A stretch of DNA of 32,000 nucleotides from Alkanindiges illinoisensis DSM 15370 (GCF_000619845.1 NZ_JHUX01000003.1:760064-792063), one strand, 5' to 3'; numbered from the stretch's first letter, positions 1 to 9,818 are shown. Made by a program: numbers and translations. Notes: generated by a model not told the origin, from the letters alone.

Positions 1-79
1 GCCACAGGGGGCGTAATCATTGCGCATAACAAAATCGAGGCGCGAACCGATAAGGCAGGCGCACGAAAATAAGAAAAGT

Positions 80-733
80 TCATGATGAGTGACGATGTCC
101 TGCTAAAAAACGTTCAACCAGATATTTAAGGTAATGATCAGCATCCAGATGGTCTTCCAGTGGAGAAAGACCCACCAGCAAGCGCCATTGGGCATGTCGC
201 AGCATGCCAAAGAATAGTGTGGCTGATTCATAAGGATGAGGGCAGTCAATTTCGCCCTGCGCATGGGCACGTTCCAGCAGGTTGGCTACAATCAACAGGC
301 CGCGCTTGGGTCCTGAATCATAAGCCAGTTGCGCCAGCTCAGGATCACGCTGGGATTCTTCAACCACTAGCCGCATAAAGGCAATATTGTCAGTATCAGT
401 AAAGGCGATATACACTGACTTGGCAGTCAGCAATATGATTTCATGCAGTGACTGGCCGGATTGCCATTGTGGTGGCGGATTGGACTTAAAGAATTTTTCA
501 CAACGATATTCAAACAGGGCAGCCAGCAATCCTTTTTTATTGCCAAAATATTGATAAATCGCTGCTTTTGAACCGCCACAAAACTGTACGATGTCATCAA
601 GGCTAACGGCATTGAAGCCTTTTTCCAGAAAAAGCGTATTGGCAGCCTGCAACAATGAGGCACGGCGCTCAATACCACGCCGGGTCAGTGCTGTCGTACA
701 ACTTGATTGCGATGTGTCATGCACGTTATTCAT
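80..733 (-). CDS. TetR/AcrR-family transcriptional regulator, divergent from the efflux operon
   Basis: The N-terminal HTH segment (VSLDDIVQFCGGSKAAIYQYFGNKKGLL) is typical of TetR. I start the gene at the ATG giving MNNVHDTSQ (cat at 731..733) rather than the ORF-track start at 838, because the extra 35 codons run through the divergent promoter region. Confidence 0.85.
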   Translation of the reverse strand: MNNVHDTSQSSCTTALTRRGIERRASLLQAANTLFLEKGFNAVSLDDIVQFCGGSKAAIYQYFGNKKGLLAALFEYRCEKFFKSNPPPQWQSGQSLHEIILLTAKSVYIAFTDTDNIAFMRLVVEESQRDPELAQLAYDSGPKRGLLIVANLLERAHAQGEIDCPHPYESATLFFGMLRHAQWRLLVGLSPLEDHLDADHYLKYLVERFLAGHRHSS

Positions 734-810
734 CGAAAAAAACTCATAGAAAGTTGACCGCCCTAGTTGATTCCACACAAAAAAAGTGCAAACTGCTCTT
801 GTCAGAAAAA

Positions 811-831
811 TGTACTGTTCGGTACAGTACA
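811..831. promoter_or_regulatory. Inverted repeat TGTACTG-N7-CAGTACA, candidate TetR operator in the tetR/emrA divergent intergenic region
   Basis: Read directly as tgtactgttcggtacagtaca. It overlaps a TACAAT -10-like hexamer (828..833) and lies about 37 nt upstream of the emrA-like ATG. The identity of the binding protein is inferred. Confidence 0.45.
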
Positions 832-867
832 ATATCATTCACCTTGATGCTGCGCAAGGAGCATAAA

Positions 868-2094
868 ATGTCGGCTAATGCCACAAATGTTCAATCGCCC
901 AATGTTGCCAGTCATGCCCAGAGTAATGCCACAGATGAGGCAGCATCCCCTGATGTTGATTCACAGACTCAGGATGCTTCTGCCATGAACAAAAGAAAGC
1001 GTTTACCCAAGATTATTTTAGCAATTTTTTTAGTCCTTGCCGTACTGGGGATCATTTATTATTTTCTGGTTTACCGGTTTTATGAATCCACTGATAACGC
1101 CTATCTAAAAGCTGATGTCACCTGGGTTAGTCCACGTGTTGCTGGTGAAATTACCCAGCTAAACGTTAAAAATAATCAGGAAGTAAAAGCTGGTCAGGTT
1201 CTAATGAAACTGGACGACCGTGATACACAGGCACGTTATGAGCAGGCGCAGGCAATCACCCAGCTTAAAGAAGCCGCCCTTGGTGTGCAGCAGCAAAATG
1301 CAGCCAGTCAGGACGCGGTAATTCTGGAAGCGCAAGCTGGACTTGATCAGGCGTATGCTGGACTCAAGCAGGCACAGGCTGGCGTGAATCAGGCACAGGC
1401 CGAAGTAGCGAGAACACAAAAAGATGCGGCGCGTTATAATGCCTTATTGAGCGAAGGTGTGACCACACGCCAGCGCGTTGAATCTGTACAGGCACAATAT
1501 CAATCCGCACAGGCACAATATCAGTCGGCGCAGGCCCAATATCAAGCCGCACAGGCGCAAGTCAAACGTGCAGAAGCAGGTATTGCTGGCGCTAAAGCCC
1601 AGTTTGGTAGCATACAGGCCAGCCGTGAGCAATTGGTGGCAGATGTTAATAGTGCCAAGGCCAATGTTAACCTGATTGGTGTAGATGCCTCATCCGCTCA
1701 AGTCGTTGCCCCGGTTTCCGGCACCATTGGTGATCTGGCCGTGCGTCTGGGTAGTCGGGTTAATCCGCAAACCCGCTTGCTGGCTATTGTACCGCTGGAA
1801 AAAACCTTTGTAGAAGCCAACTTCAAGGAAACCCAGATTACTGATATGCACGTTGGCCAGAAAGTAACAGTTGAACTCGATGCTTATCCTGACCATGAGT
1901 TTACCGGACATATTGATAGCTTTTCACCAGCTTCCGGTGCCGAATTTTCCCTGATGCCACCTGAAAATGCCACTGGTAACTTTAACAAGGTAGTCCAGCG
2001 TGTGCCGGTAAAAATCCTGCTAGACCGTAAGTCGGGTGATCCTGTATTGCGTCCGGGTTTGTCAGCCACGGTGAAAGTTGATTTGCGAACCTAA
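868..2094 (+). CDS. emrA: HlyD/EmrA-family membrane fusion (periplasmic adaptor) protein of an MFS efflux pump
   Basis: AAGGAG (856..861) lies 6 nt before the ATG at 868. The protein has a single TM segment (ILAIFLVLAVLGIIYYFLVY), the EmrA-type motif YESTDNAYLKADVTWVSPRVAGEI..VKAGQVLMKLDDRD, a long coiled coil and a C-terminal beta-barrel region. The ORF-track start at 655 is rejected because it overlaps the tetR gene. An alternative internal start is MNKRKR at 985. Confidence 0.85.
   Translation: MSANATNVQSPNVASHAQSNATDEAASPDVDSQTQDASAMNKRKRLPKIILAIFLVLAVLGIIYYFLVYRFYESTDNAYLKADVTWVSPRVAGEITQLNVKNNQEVKAGQVLMKLDDRDTQARYEQAQAITQLKEAALGVQQQNAASQDAVILEAQAGLDQAYAGLKQAQAGVNQAQAEVARTQKDAARYNALLSEGVTTRQRVESVQAQYQSAQAQYQSAQAQYQAAQAQVKRAEAGIAGAKAQFGSIQASREQLVADVNSAKANVNLIGVDASSAQVVAPVSGTIGDLAVRLGSRVNPQTRLLAIVPLEKTFVEANFKETQITDMHVGQKVTVELDAYPDHEFTGHIDSFSPASGAEFSLMPPENATGNFNKVVQRVPVKILLDRKSGDPVLRPGLSATVKVDLRT
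1327..1410 (+). repeat. Four degenerate in-frame 21-bp tandem units encoding the heptads EAQAGLD/QAYAGLK/QAQAGVN/QAQAEVA (first coiled-coil arm of EmrA)
   Basis: Read directly from DNA and translation. The units start at 1327, 1348, 1369 and 1390, all in the emrA frame. Confidence 0.7.
1489..1563 (+). repeat. About 3.5 copies of an in-frame 21-bp tandem repeat encoding (QAQYQSA)x3 plus QAQV (second coiled-coil arm of EmrA)
   Basis: The units are caggcacaatatcaatccgca / caggcacaatatcagtcggcg / caggcccaatatcaagccgca / caggcgcaagtc, starting at 1489, 1510, 1531 and 1552. Confidence 0.85.
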
Positions 2095-2270
2095 TGATCC
2101 TACCAAATCATCACTTAGATTTGATGATATGAGTTTGTCATTACATTGTCACTGCTTTTGGGTGTTTTAAACAGATAGTAAAACTGTCCAGATCATGATT
2201 ACTTGGGCAGTTGCTATTGTAGTTAAAGTTGCTGTTGTTTTTAAAATAATGGTCAGCACTGGAATTGAGT

Positions 2271-3815
2271 ATGAAAATTAGTCCTGCTGCGGCATGGGCC
2301 ATGTTTGGTGCCATGGTTTTTGGCAACTTTATGGCAATTCTGGACATTCAGATTGTTGCAAGTTCCATTAACGAAATTCAGGCAGGCCTTGGGGCGAGTC
2401 AAAGTGAAGTTGCCTGGGTGCAAACCATTTACCTGATTGCCGAAGTCATTGCCATTCCGCTATCTGCTTTGCTCTCCAATTTGTTGTCGACCCGGGTCTA
2501 TTTTACTATTTCAGCACTGGGTTTTTCGCTGGCTTCCCTGATGTGCGGTTTCTCATGGAATCTGGAATCCATGCTGGTATTTCGCGCCTTTCAGGGTTTT
2601 CTAGGCGGTGGCATGATTCCTACCACCATGGCAGCGCTATTTGTGCTGTTTCCCAAGGAAAAGCAGGCGCTGCCCATGGTTGTGGTAGGGATGGTGAGTA
2701 CACTTGGTCCGGCGATTGGCCCCACACTTGGCGGCTGGCTCACCACGCATTTTTCGTGGCACTGGATGTTTTTCATCAATATCATGCCGGGCTTGCTGAT
2801 TGCTTCATTTGTGTATTCAGCGCAGGATCTGGACAAACCTAACCCGGAATTGTTTGCCCGTATTGACTGGCTGGGGCTGGCCAGTATGGCTATTTTTCTG
2901 GGTGGGCTTGAGTTTGTGCTGGATGAAGGCCCGCGTAATGACTGGTTTTCCGACCATGCCATTTTATATACCGCCATTGCCTGTTTGCTTTCGGCAATCA
3001 TTTTTTTCTACCGCTGTCTGACAGTTCGCCAGCCAATTGTTGATCTTAGCGTATTTAATAATCGCAATTTCAGCTTAAGTTCCATGATGACCTTTGTACT
3101 GGGCATGGCGCTGTATGGCATGGTGTATATCGTTCCGGTATTTTTAGGACAGGTTCGTGGCATGAACAGTAGCCAGATTGGCCATATCATGCTGGTGATG
3201 GGTGTAACCATGTTTCTGTTTGCGCCTTTTGTGGGTTCGGTCATGTCCAAGTTTGATGCGCGCAAGGTGATTTTTGCAGGCTTGTCCATTGCAGCACTGG
3301 GCGTTGTGCTAAACGCCAATCTGACCACCCAAAGTGATTTTGACGAATTTTTTTGGCCACAGGTATTGCGTGGTATTGGTATGATGATGGGCCTGATCAT
3401 TATGTCGCAACTGGCCATGTCTACCTTGCCGCTGCACAAAATTAAAAGTGCCAGCGGCGTATATAACCTGACCCGTAATATTGGCGGGGCGATTGGTCTG
3501 GCTATCATTAATACCTTAATTGACCAGCGCATGGCAGTGCATGTCACTGGCCTAAGCAGTTATTTGATTCCATCACGCCCCGAAGTGGTGGATTATGTGG
3601 CGCAATTAACCGCCAAGTATCAGGCGATGGCTGGCGATCAGGCCGAACAATTAGCGATTACCATGCTGAGTCGGCAAATGCATTTGCAAGCGCTGACCTT
3701 AACCTTTAACGACATCTTAAAAATGCTGGCTGCACTCATGTTTGCCACGGCCTTTATTGTCTTTTTTGTGAAGAAACCCAGCAATACTTCTGTAGACAAC
3801 ATGCCCGTTCACTAG
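2271..3815 (+). CDS. emrB: DHA2-family (EmrB/QacA-type, 14-TMS) MFS multidrug efflux permease
   Basis: The translation aligns by eye with E. coli EmrB along its length (e.g. [53 protein letters not shown]). The start is the ATG at 2271 or the TTG at 2265. Confidence 0.9.
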   Translation: MKISPAAAWAMFGAMVFGNFMAILDIQIVASSINEIQAGLGASQSEVAWVQTIYLIAEVIAIPLSALLSNLLSTRVYFTISALGFSLASLMCGFSWNLESMLVFRAFQGFLGGGMIPTTMAALFVLFPKEKQALPMVVVGMVSTLGPAIGPTLGGWLTTHFSWHWMFFINIMPGLLIASFVYSAQDLDKPNPELFARIDWLGLASMAIFLGGLEFVLDEGPRNDWFSDHAILYTAIACLLSAIIFFYRCLTVRQPIVDLSVFNNRNFSLSSMMTFVLGMALYGMVYIVPVFLGQVRGMNSSQIGHIMLVMGVTMFLFAPFVGSVMSKFDARKVIFAGLSIAALGVVLNANLTTQSDFDEFFWPQVLRGIGMMMGLIIMSQLAMSTLPLHKIKSASGVYNLTRNIGGAIGLAIINTLIDQRMAVHVTGLSSYLIPSRPEVVDYVAQLTAKYQAMAGDQAEQLAITMLSRQMHLQALTLTFNDILKMLAALMFATAFIVFFVKKPSNTSVDNMPVH

Positions 3816-3942
3816 AATTGGCAGAAAACATCATGATTGCGCTGTTAAATTAGAGTTTTTATTCAATTTAACGGTGCAAGCTTGGTTAAAGCTTTATATA
3901 CTCGGCAACCATTATCACGTTGCAACGCTAATGGATATTTTT

Positions 3943-4827
3943 ATGAGTCAGTCAAATTCCGCAGGCCGTCGTTTCCGCGATGCGTTAGCTGTAGAAAAAC
4001 CATTACAAATCCTCGGTACGGTGAATGCCTATGCCGCCATGATGGCAACGCAAGTCGGCTATAAGGCCATTTACCTGTCCGGCGCCGGTGTTGCGAACTA
4101 TTCTTATGGCTTGCCAGACCTTGGCATGACCAGTCTAGATGACGTACTGACCGATGTGCGCCGCATTACCAGTCAGGTTGATACGCCATTACTGGTGGAT
4201 ATTGATACCGGTTGGGGTGGTGCATTCAATATTTCCCGCACCATTAAGGAAATGATTCGTGCTGGTGCTGCTGCCGTGCATATTGAAGATCAGGTCGCAC
4301 AAAAACGCTGTGGTCATCGTCCTAACAAGGAAATCGTGACACAAGCTGAAATGGTTGATCGCATTAAAGCTGCGGCTGATGCCAAAACTGATCCCGATTT
4401 TGTACTGATGGCGCGTACCGATGCGCTGCAACAAGAAGGCTTGCAAGGTGTAATCGACCGTGCCTGTGCCTGTGTGGAAGCGGGTGCTGATGCCATTTTT
4501 GCCGAAGCCATGACCGACATTACCATGTACCGCAAAGTGGTTGATGCTGTTGGCGTTCCGGTACTGGCTAACATTACCGAATTTGGTACAACCCCGTATT
4601 ACACCGTGAATGAACTGGGTGAGCAGGGCATTGGCATGGTGCTGTATCCGCTCTCTGCTACCCGTGCCATGCAAAAAGCGGCACTGGAAGTGATGCAGGC
4701 CATTCGCAAGGAAGGCACGCAAGTCAATGTACTGGACAACATGCAAAAGCGCAGCGAGCTGTACGAGTTCCTGAACTATCATTCTTTTGAAGACAAATTA
4801 GATCAACTCTTTAAACAGGAGAAATAA
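3943..4827 (+). CDS. prpB: 2-methylisocitrate lyase
   Basis: The isocitrate lyase/PEP mutase fold carries PrpB hallmarks ([30 protein letters not shown]), and at about 294 aa it matches E. coli PrpB in length. The start could be the ATG at 3943 (MSQSN) or 3931 (MDIFMSQ). The GTG at 3874 is rejected. Confidence 0.9.
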   Translation: MSQSNSAGRRFRDALAVEKPLQILGTVNAYAAMMATQVGYKAIYLSGAGVANYSYGLPDLGMTSLDDVLTDVRRITSQVDTPLLVDIDTGWGGAFNISRTIKEMIRAGAAAVHIEDQVAQKRCGHRPNKEIVTQAEMVDRIKAAADAKTDPDFVLMARTDALQQEGLQGVIDRACACVEAGADAIFAEAMTDITMYRKVVDAVGVPVLANITEFGTTPYYTVNELGEQGIGMVLYPLSATRAMQKAALEVMQAIRKEGTQVNVLDNMQKRSELYEFLNYHSFEDKLDQLFKQEK

Positions 4828-4829
4828 CA

Positions 4830-5957
4830 ATGGCAGAAGGTAAAGTATTGTCTGGTGCGGGGCTGCGCGGTCAGGTAGCGGGTAAAACAGCACTGTCTAC
4901 TGTAGGAAAATCTGGCGCGGGTTTGACCTATCGCGGTTATGACGTCAAAGACCTTGCAGAACATTGTGAGTTTGAAGAAGTTGCTTACCTGATTTTCTTT
5001 GGTGAACTGCCGAATGCTGAACAACTGGCTGCCTACAAAGCCAAGTTAAAAGGTTTGCGTAGCCTGCCTCAGGCATTAAAAGACGTGCTGGAACGCATTC
5101 CTGCCGATTCTCATCCCATGGATGTCATGCGTACTGGCTGCTCGATGCTGGGTAACCTTGAAACAGAACAATCATTTGATCAGCAGCAGGAAGTGACTGA
5201 CCGCCTGCTGGCTGCATTCCCGTCTATCATCACGTATTGGTATCGCTTTAGCCATGATGGCGTGCGTATTGATGAAAATACCGATGATGACTCGATTGGC
5301 GCGCATTTCCTGCACTTGTTAAAAGGTGAAAAACCTAATGAGCTGCATGCTAAGGTCATGAATGTATCGCTGATTTTGTACGCAGAGCATGAGTTCAATG
5401 CCTCTACATTCACTGCGCGCGTATGTGCGTCAACCCTCTCTGACATGCATTCCTGCGTGACTGGCGCGATTGGCTCCCTGCGTGGCCCATTGCATGGTGG
5501 CGCGAACGAAGCTGCCATGGACATGATTGAAAAATTCACTGATCCTGATCATGCCGAAAGTGAAATGATGGCCATGCTGGCACGCAAAGACAAGATCATG
5601 GGCTTTGGTCATGCCATCTATAAGGACAACGATCCACGTAATGGCATTATCAAGCAATGGTCAGAAAAACTGGCCGCTGATGTAGGCGATACCGTACTGT
5701 ATCCGGTATCTGTACGCTGTGAAGAAGTGATGTGGCGCGAGAAAAAACTGTTCTGTAATGCAGACTTTTTCCATGCCTCTGCTTACCACTTTATGGGAAT
5801 TCCCACCAAGCTGTTCACCCCAATTTTTGTGATGAGCCGTTTGACTGGCTGGGCTGCCCATGTAATGGAACAGCGTGCCGATAACCGCATTATTCGTCCA
5901 AGTGCGGAATATACTGGCCCGGAACTACGCACTGTGACGCCTATTGCTCAGCGTTAA
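4830..5957 (+). CDS. prpC: 2-methylcitrate synthase (citrate synthase family)
   Basis: GGAG lies upstream of the ATG at 4830. The 375-aa protein has citrate-synthase motifs (GPLHGGANEAA, GFGHAIYKDNDPR) and the gene sits immediately downstream of prpB. Confidence 0.9.
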   Translation: MAEGKVLSGAGLRGQVAGKTALSTVGKSGAGLTYRGYDVKDLAEHCEFEEVAYLIFFGELPNAEQLAAYKAKLKGLRSLPQALKDVLERIPADSHPMDVMRTGCSMLGNLETEQSFDQQQEVTDRLLAAFPSIITYWYRFSHDGVRIDENTDDDSIGAHFLHLLKGEKPNELHAKVMNVSLILYAEHEFNASTFTARVCASTLSDMHSCVTGAIGSLRGPLHGGANEAAMDMIEKFTDPDHAESEMMAMLARKDKIMGFGHAIYKDNDPRNGIIKQWSEKLAADVGDTVLYPVSVRCEEVMWREKKLFCNADFFHASAYHFMGIPTKLFTPIFVMSRLTGWAAHVMEQRADNRIIRPSAEYTGPELRTVTPIAQR

Positions 5958-5974
5958 TTTGCTGTAGCAATTAA

Positions 5975-6004
5975 AAAGCAGGTCTTGATGGCTTGCTTTT
6001 TTTA
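5975..6004 (+). terminator. Rho-independent terminator after prpC
   Basis: The stem aagcag/cttgctt (aaagcaggtcttgatggcttgc) is followed by a run of T. Confidence 0.7.
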
Positions 6005-6039
6005 TCTGAAAAACCTAACTACTAAATTAATATCCTAGT

Positions 6040-6056
6040 GTAAATTTTAAATTTAC
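6040..6056. promoter_or_regulatory. Perfect 8-1-8 palindrome GTAAATTT-T-AAATTTAC upstream of glcB, with a candidate -10 TATAAT at 6152..6157
   Basis: Read directly from the sequence. Its function as an operator is inferred. Confidence 0.35.
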
Positions 6057-6196
6057 TAAAAAATTATTCATTTAAAAAACTTCCTATTTTTCCCTTGAAA
6101 TAATGAAACACTTTAAGACCATAGATTCATGCAAAGTGGCTGATAAAACAGTATAATGCCGCCTTTCTTAATTTTAGTAGCGCATTAGGATAGACA

Positions 6197-8359
6197 ATGA
6201 CTGCACGTATTCAACAAGGCAACTTAAGCATTGCCAAAGAATTGTACGATTTTATTGAAAACGAAGCCTTGGCGGGTACAGGCGTCGATAGCGCAACCTA
6301 CTGGAAAAATTTTGAGCAGGTGGTTAGTGATCTAACACCAAAAAATAAAGAATTACTGGCCAAGCGTGAAGAACTGCAAGCCCAGATTGATGAATGGCAT
6401 CGCAATAATCCTGGCTTTGACAAAACGGCCTATCAGGCTTTCCTGCGTGAAATTGGTTATATCGTGCCAGAAGGCGACGACTTTCAGATTACCACTGAAA
6501 ATGTTGATGAAGAAATTGCAACCCTGGCAGGTGCCCAGCTGGTTGTGCCTGTACGCAATGCCCGTTATGCCTTAAACGCGGCCAATGCACGCTGGGGTTC
6601 ACTGTACGATGCCCTGTATGGCACCGATGTGATTTCTGAAGCTGACGGGGCTGAAAAAGGCAAGGGCTATAATCCGGTTCGTGGTAATCAAGTGATTGCA
6701 TTTGCTAAAAATTTCCTCGACAAAACCTTTGCACTGGAAAATGGCTCACATGCTGATGCCACCAAATACGCAATTGATGGCAATAAACTGGTGGTGAGCC
6801 TAAAAGACGGCAGCACGAGCGGCCTGAAAAATACCGACCAACTGGTGGGTTATAATGGTGATGCTGCCAATCCAAATGAAGTGTTGCTGAAGAACAACGG
6901 CCTGCATGTTGTTATCCAGATTGATGCAGCTAGCCCAATCGGCCAGACTGATGCTGCTGGCGTAAAAGACCTGCTGGTTGAAGCAGCCGTAACCACCATT
7001 CAGGATCTTGAAGATTCGGTTGCTGCTGTTGATGCGGAAGAAAAAGTGGAAGGCTACCGCAACTGGCTGGGCCTGATTAAAGGTGACCTGCAAGAATCTT
7101 TTCAGAAAGGCGGCAAAACCGTTACCCGTCAGATGAATTCTGATCTGACATTCAAGGATTTAAACGGTGGAGAGTTGAAGTTGCATGGCCGTTCATTAAT
7201 GCTGTTGCGTAATGTGGGTCATTTGATGACTAACCCAGCCATCCTTGTAGATGGTGAAGAAGTCTTTGAAGGCATCATGGATGCGCTGGTGACTTCACTG
7301 CTGACTATCCATGATATAAAGGGCACCAACACGTTGCGTAACTCACGCACGGGTTCCATGTATATTGTTAAGCCAAAAATGCATGGCCCAGAAGAAGTGA
7401 AATTTGCGGTTGAGCTGTTTGAGCGTGCTGAACAGGCTGTTGGCCTGCCACCGAAATCCCTGAAAATCGGGATTATGGATGAAGAGCGCCGCACTTCGGT
7501 TAATCTGAAAGAATGTATCCGTGCTGCAAGTGATCGCACGATCTTTATTAACACAGGCTTTATGGACCGTACCGGTGACGAAATCCATACTTCCATGGAA
7601 GCTGGCCCGGTTGTGCGTAAAGAAGAAGTGAAAACTCAGAAATGGCTCGCTGCCTACGAAAACCGTAACGTTGCTATCGGTCTGGCCTGTGGCCTGCAAG
7701 GTAAAGCCCAGATTGGTAAAGGCATGTGGCCAAAACCAGACATGATGAAAGACATGCTGGCCACCAAAACTGCACATCCTAAAGCAGGTGCTTCCTGTGC
7801 ATGGGTTCCATCACCAACTGGTGCGGCTTTGCATGCGTTGCATTACCATGAAGTTAACGTAAAAGCACGTCAGGATGAACTGAAGTCTCAGCCAGCAGCT
7901 TCACTAGAAGACTTGTTAACCCCGCCTTTGGCCGCTGATACCAGCTGGTCTCAGGACGAGCTGACCAACGAGCTGGAAAACAACTGTCAGGGTATTCTGG
8001 GTTATGTGGTTCGCTGGGTTGATCTGGGCGTTGGTTGTTCCAAAGTGCCTGATATCAACAACGTTGGCCTGATGGAAGATCGTGCAACCCTGCGTATTTC
8101 CAGCCAGCATGTTGCCAACTGGCTGCGCCACAATATTGTGAGCAAAGAGCAGGTACAGGAAGTGCTAGAGCGTATGGCAGTGATTGTTGACCAGCAAAAT
8201 GCCAACGATCCATTCTATAAGCCAATGGCGCCAAACTTTGCTGATAGCATCGCTTTCCAGGCTGCCAGCGACCTGATTTTCAAGGGAACAGTACAGCCAA
8301 GTGGTTATACTGAGCCATTGCTGCACGCTGCACGCCTAAAGCTAAAAGCTGCACAGTAA
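6197..8359 (+). CDS. glcB: Malate synthase G
   Basis: The 720-aa protein matches the length and sequence character of the monomeric G-type malate synthase ([30 protein letters not shown]..., [28 protein letters not shown]). AGGA lies 6 nt upstream of the ATG. Confidence 0.93.
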   Translation: MTARIQQGNLSIAKELYDFIENEALAGTGVDSATYWKNFEQVVSDLTPKNKELLAKREELQAQIDEWHRNNPGFDKTAYQAFLREIGYIVPEGDDFQITTENVDEEIATLAGAQLVVPVRNARYALNAANARWGSLYDALYGTDVISEADGAEKGKGYNPVRGNQVIAFAKNFLDKTFALENGSHADATKYAIDGNKLVVSLKDGSTSGLKNTDQLVGYNGDAANPNEVLLKNNGLHVVIQIDAASPIGQTDAAGVKDLLVEAAVTTIQDLEDSVAAVDAEEKVEGYRNWLGLIKGDLQESFQKGGKTVTRQMNSDLTFKDLNGGELKLHGRSLMLLRNVGHLMTNPAILVDGEEVFEGIMDALVTSLLTIHDIKGTNTLRNSRTGSMYIVKPKMHGPEEVKFAVELFERAEQAVGLPPKSLKIGIMDEERRTSVNLKECIRAASDRTIFINTGFMDRTGDEIHTSMEAGPVVRKEEVKTQKWLAAYENRNVAIGLACGLQGKAQIGKGMWPKPDMMKDMLATKTAHPKAGASCAWVPSPTGAALHALHYHEVNVKARQDELKSQPAASLEDLLTPPLAADTSWSQDELTNELENNCQGILGYVVRWVDLGVGCSKVPDINNVGLMEDRATLRISSQHVANWLRHNIVSKEQVQEVLERMAVIVDQQNANDPFYKPMAPNFADSIAFQAASDLIFKGTVQPSGYTEPLLHAARLKLKAAQ

Positions 8360-8372
8360 GTAGTAATGTTAA

Positions 8373-8405
8373 AAAACCGCTCTAAATCAGGGCGGTTTTT
8401 TTTAT
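8373..8405 (+). terminator. Rho-independent terminator after glcB
   Basis: aaaaccgctctaaatcagggcggttttttttt: the stem is accgc/gcggt, followed by a T-run. Confidence 0.75.
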
Positions 8406-8552
8406 TGAGATTTTTATACAACGATAAAATTTTTAGGGTTGTACAATGTCTAAACAGCAAATGCTAAAAAACAGCAAAAACCAGTCTGGTTTTTAAGACA
8501 GCTTTTATTTTAATGTTATGATGGATTTGCAGGTTTGGCGGAGTATTAGCGG

Positions 8553-9482
8553 GTGAAGGATAAACAATCCAGCAGTTTTCGTGGCAGTTCTCGTAGTGAC
8601 TTTCGCAATATTGGCCTAGTCGGGCGTACTGGAAAAGCAGCTGTCGTAGATACCTTGTGCCTGCTGTATGAGCACTTGATTGCCAAAGGCTTGCATCCCA
8701 TTTTTGATGAGGAAACAGCCACACTCGTGCCAATGGAAGCAGTGCAAATAGTTTCACGCGCTTTGCTGGGTGAAGTTTGTGATCTAGTGATTGTGGTTGG
8801 GGGTGATGGCTCGCTATTGCATGCGGCACGCGATCTGGTGCGTTATAAAACGCCGGTGATTGGTATCAACCGTGGTCGACTGGGTTTTTTAACCGATATT
8901 TCACCGCATGAGGTGCTGTTTAAACTTGATCAGGTTTTGGCGGGTCATTATCACATTGACCGCCGGTTTTTACTTCAATTGGAAGTGCGGTCAGGTACTC
9001 AGGTTAAATATGAAGCCATTGCCTTGAACGATATTGTGCTGCACGCTGGTAAATCGGTACATATGATTGACTTCGAGCTCAGCATTGATGGTCATTATGT
9101 GTATCGTCAACATAGTGACGGGCTGATTATTTCAACGCCTACTGGTTCTACGGCCTATGCATTGTCTGCGGGTGGGCCAATTATGTATCCCACCATGGAT
9201 GCCGTGGTGATTGTGCCCATGCATCCACATACCTTATCCAGCCGGCCCATTGTGGTAGGCGGGGAAAGCGAAATCAAGATTTATATTCGTGATAACCGGG
9301 TTTTGCCGATGGTGAGTGCTGATGGTCAAACCAGTGTATCCCTGCAAATTGGTGACTGGTTGCATATTCGCAAACATCCCTTCAAACTAAGCCTGCTGCA
9401 TCCACCCGGCTATGACTTTTATGCAGCCTGCCGTACCAAGCTGGGCTGGAACCAGGATTTTGATAAATTCCAAGAAGATTAG
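8553..9482 (+). CDS. nadK: NAD(+) kinase
   Basis: The translation carries the GGDG motif (VVGGDGSLLHAARDL), NRGRLGFLTD, and SDGLIISTPTGSTAYALSAGGPI, aligning with E. coli NadK. The start is a GTG at 8553 with GGAG 9 nt upstream, and there is no in-frame ATG near the N-terminus. Confidence 0.9.
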   Translation: MKDKQSSSFRGSSRSDFRNIGLVGRTGKAAVVDTLCLLYEHLIAKGLHPIFDEETATLVPMEAVQIVSRALLGEVCDLVIVVGGDGSLLHAARDLVRYKTPVIGINRGRLGFLTDISPHEVLFKLDQVLAGHYHIDRRFLLQLEVRSGTQVKYEAIALNDIVLHAGKSVHMIDFELSIDGHYVYRQHSDGLIISTPTGSTAYALSAGGPIMYPTMDAVVIVPMHPHTLSSRPIVVGGESEIKIYIRDNRVLPMVSADGQTSVSLQIGDWLHIRKHPFKLSLLHPPGYDFYAACRTKLGWNQDFDKFQED

Positions 9483-9533
9483 TTTTGCTGTCAGCATACT
9501 TTTTGGAAAACTGGCTTTTAAGAGAAATGACAC

Positions 9534-9818
9534 ATGAATATTGATCAAGTACTGGCTGCATTAACACCAGAAATTGTAGAACGGTTTAAGACAGCGATTG
9601 AAACCGGCAAATGGCCAGATGGGCGTCTGCTAACACCGGAACAGCGTGAAACCTGTATGCAGGCTGTGGTTGCATGGGAACACAAACATTTACCGGAAGA
9701 GCAGCGTACCGGCTATATTGACCGTGGTAGCAAGAAAAAAGATGAAAGCTGTGATTCACACAGCCATGATTCGTCTGGTGATAATCCTGATGAAGAACGG
9801 CCGCTTCGTCTGGTATAA
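9534..9818 (+). CDS. yeaC: YeaC/DUF1315-family small protein
   Basis: The N-terminal 60 aa (LTPEIVERFKTAIETGKWPDGRLLTPEQRETCMQAVVAWE) aligns by eye with E. coli YeaC. The C-terminal tail is acidic and His/Ser-rich. Confidence 0.75.
   Translation: MNIDQVLAALTPEIVERFKTAIETGKWPDGRLLTPEQRETCMQAVVAWEHKHLPEEQRTGYIDRGSKKKDESCDSHSHDSSGDNPDEERPLRLV

Noticed and set aside
1-72. A possible 3' end of a plus-strand CDS (frame 1, ...IIAHNKIEARTDKAGARK, stop at 70..72), or alternatively a minus-strand ATG at 25..27 reading out of the window.
   Set aside because: The stretch is too short to identify or to choose between the strands, and neither reading has supporting signals, so I do not report it as a feature.
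655-867. The ORF-track N-terminal extension of the emrA-like gene (start at 655).
   Set aside because: It overlaps the divergent tetR coding region and the operator/promoter. A strong AAGGAG-N6-ATG is present at 868.
2591-3547. Minus-strand ORFs 2591..3001 and 3008..3547, and plus-strand off-frame ORFs 2543..2842 and 2800..3021, all inside emrB.
   Set aside because: They are shadow ORFs in alternative frames of a confidently assigned MFS transporter, with no independent signals and low-complexity translations.
4189-4782. A 197-aa minus-strand ORF, plus ORF 4314..4574, antisense to prpB.
   Set aside because: Both lie entirely within prpB, whose translation matches a well-known enzyme. They are antisense-frame artefacts.
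6800-8205. Several minus-strand ORFs (6800..7093, 7219..7596, 7343..7777, 7916..8131, 8002..8205) inside glcB.
   Set aside because: They are antisense shadows of malate synthase G and have no SD or promoter signals.
8464-8829. A 121-aa minus-strand ORF overlapping the nadK start.
   Set aside because: It overlaps the well-supported nadK N-terminus on the opposite strand, and its translation is unlike any protein family.
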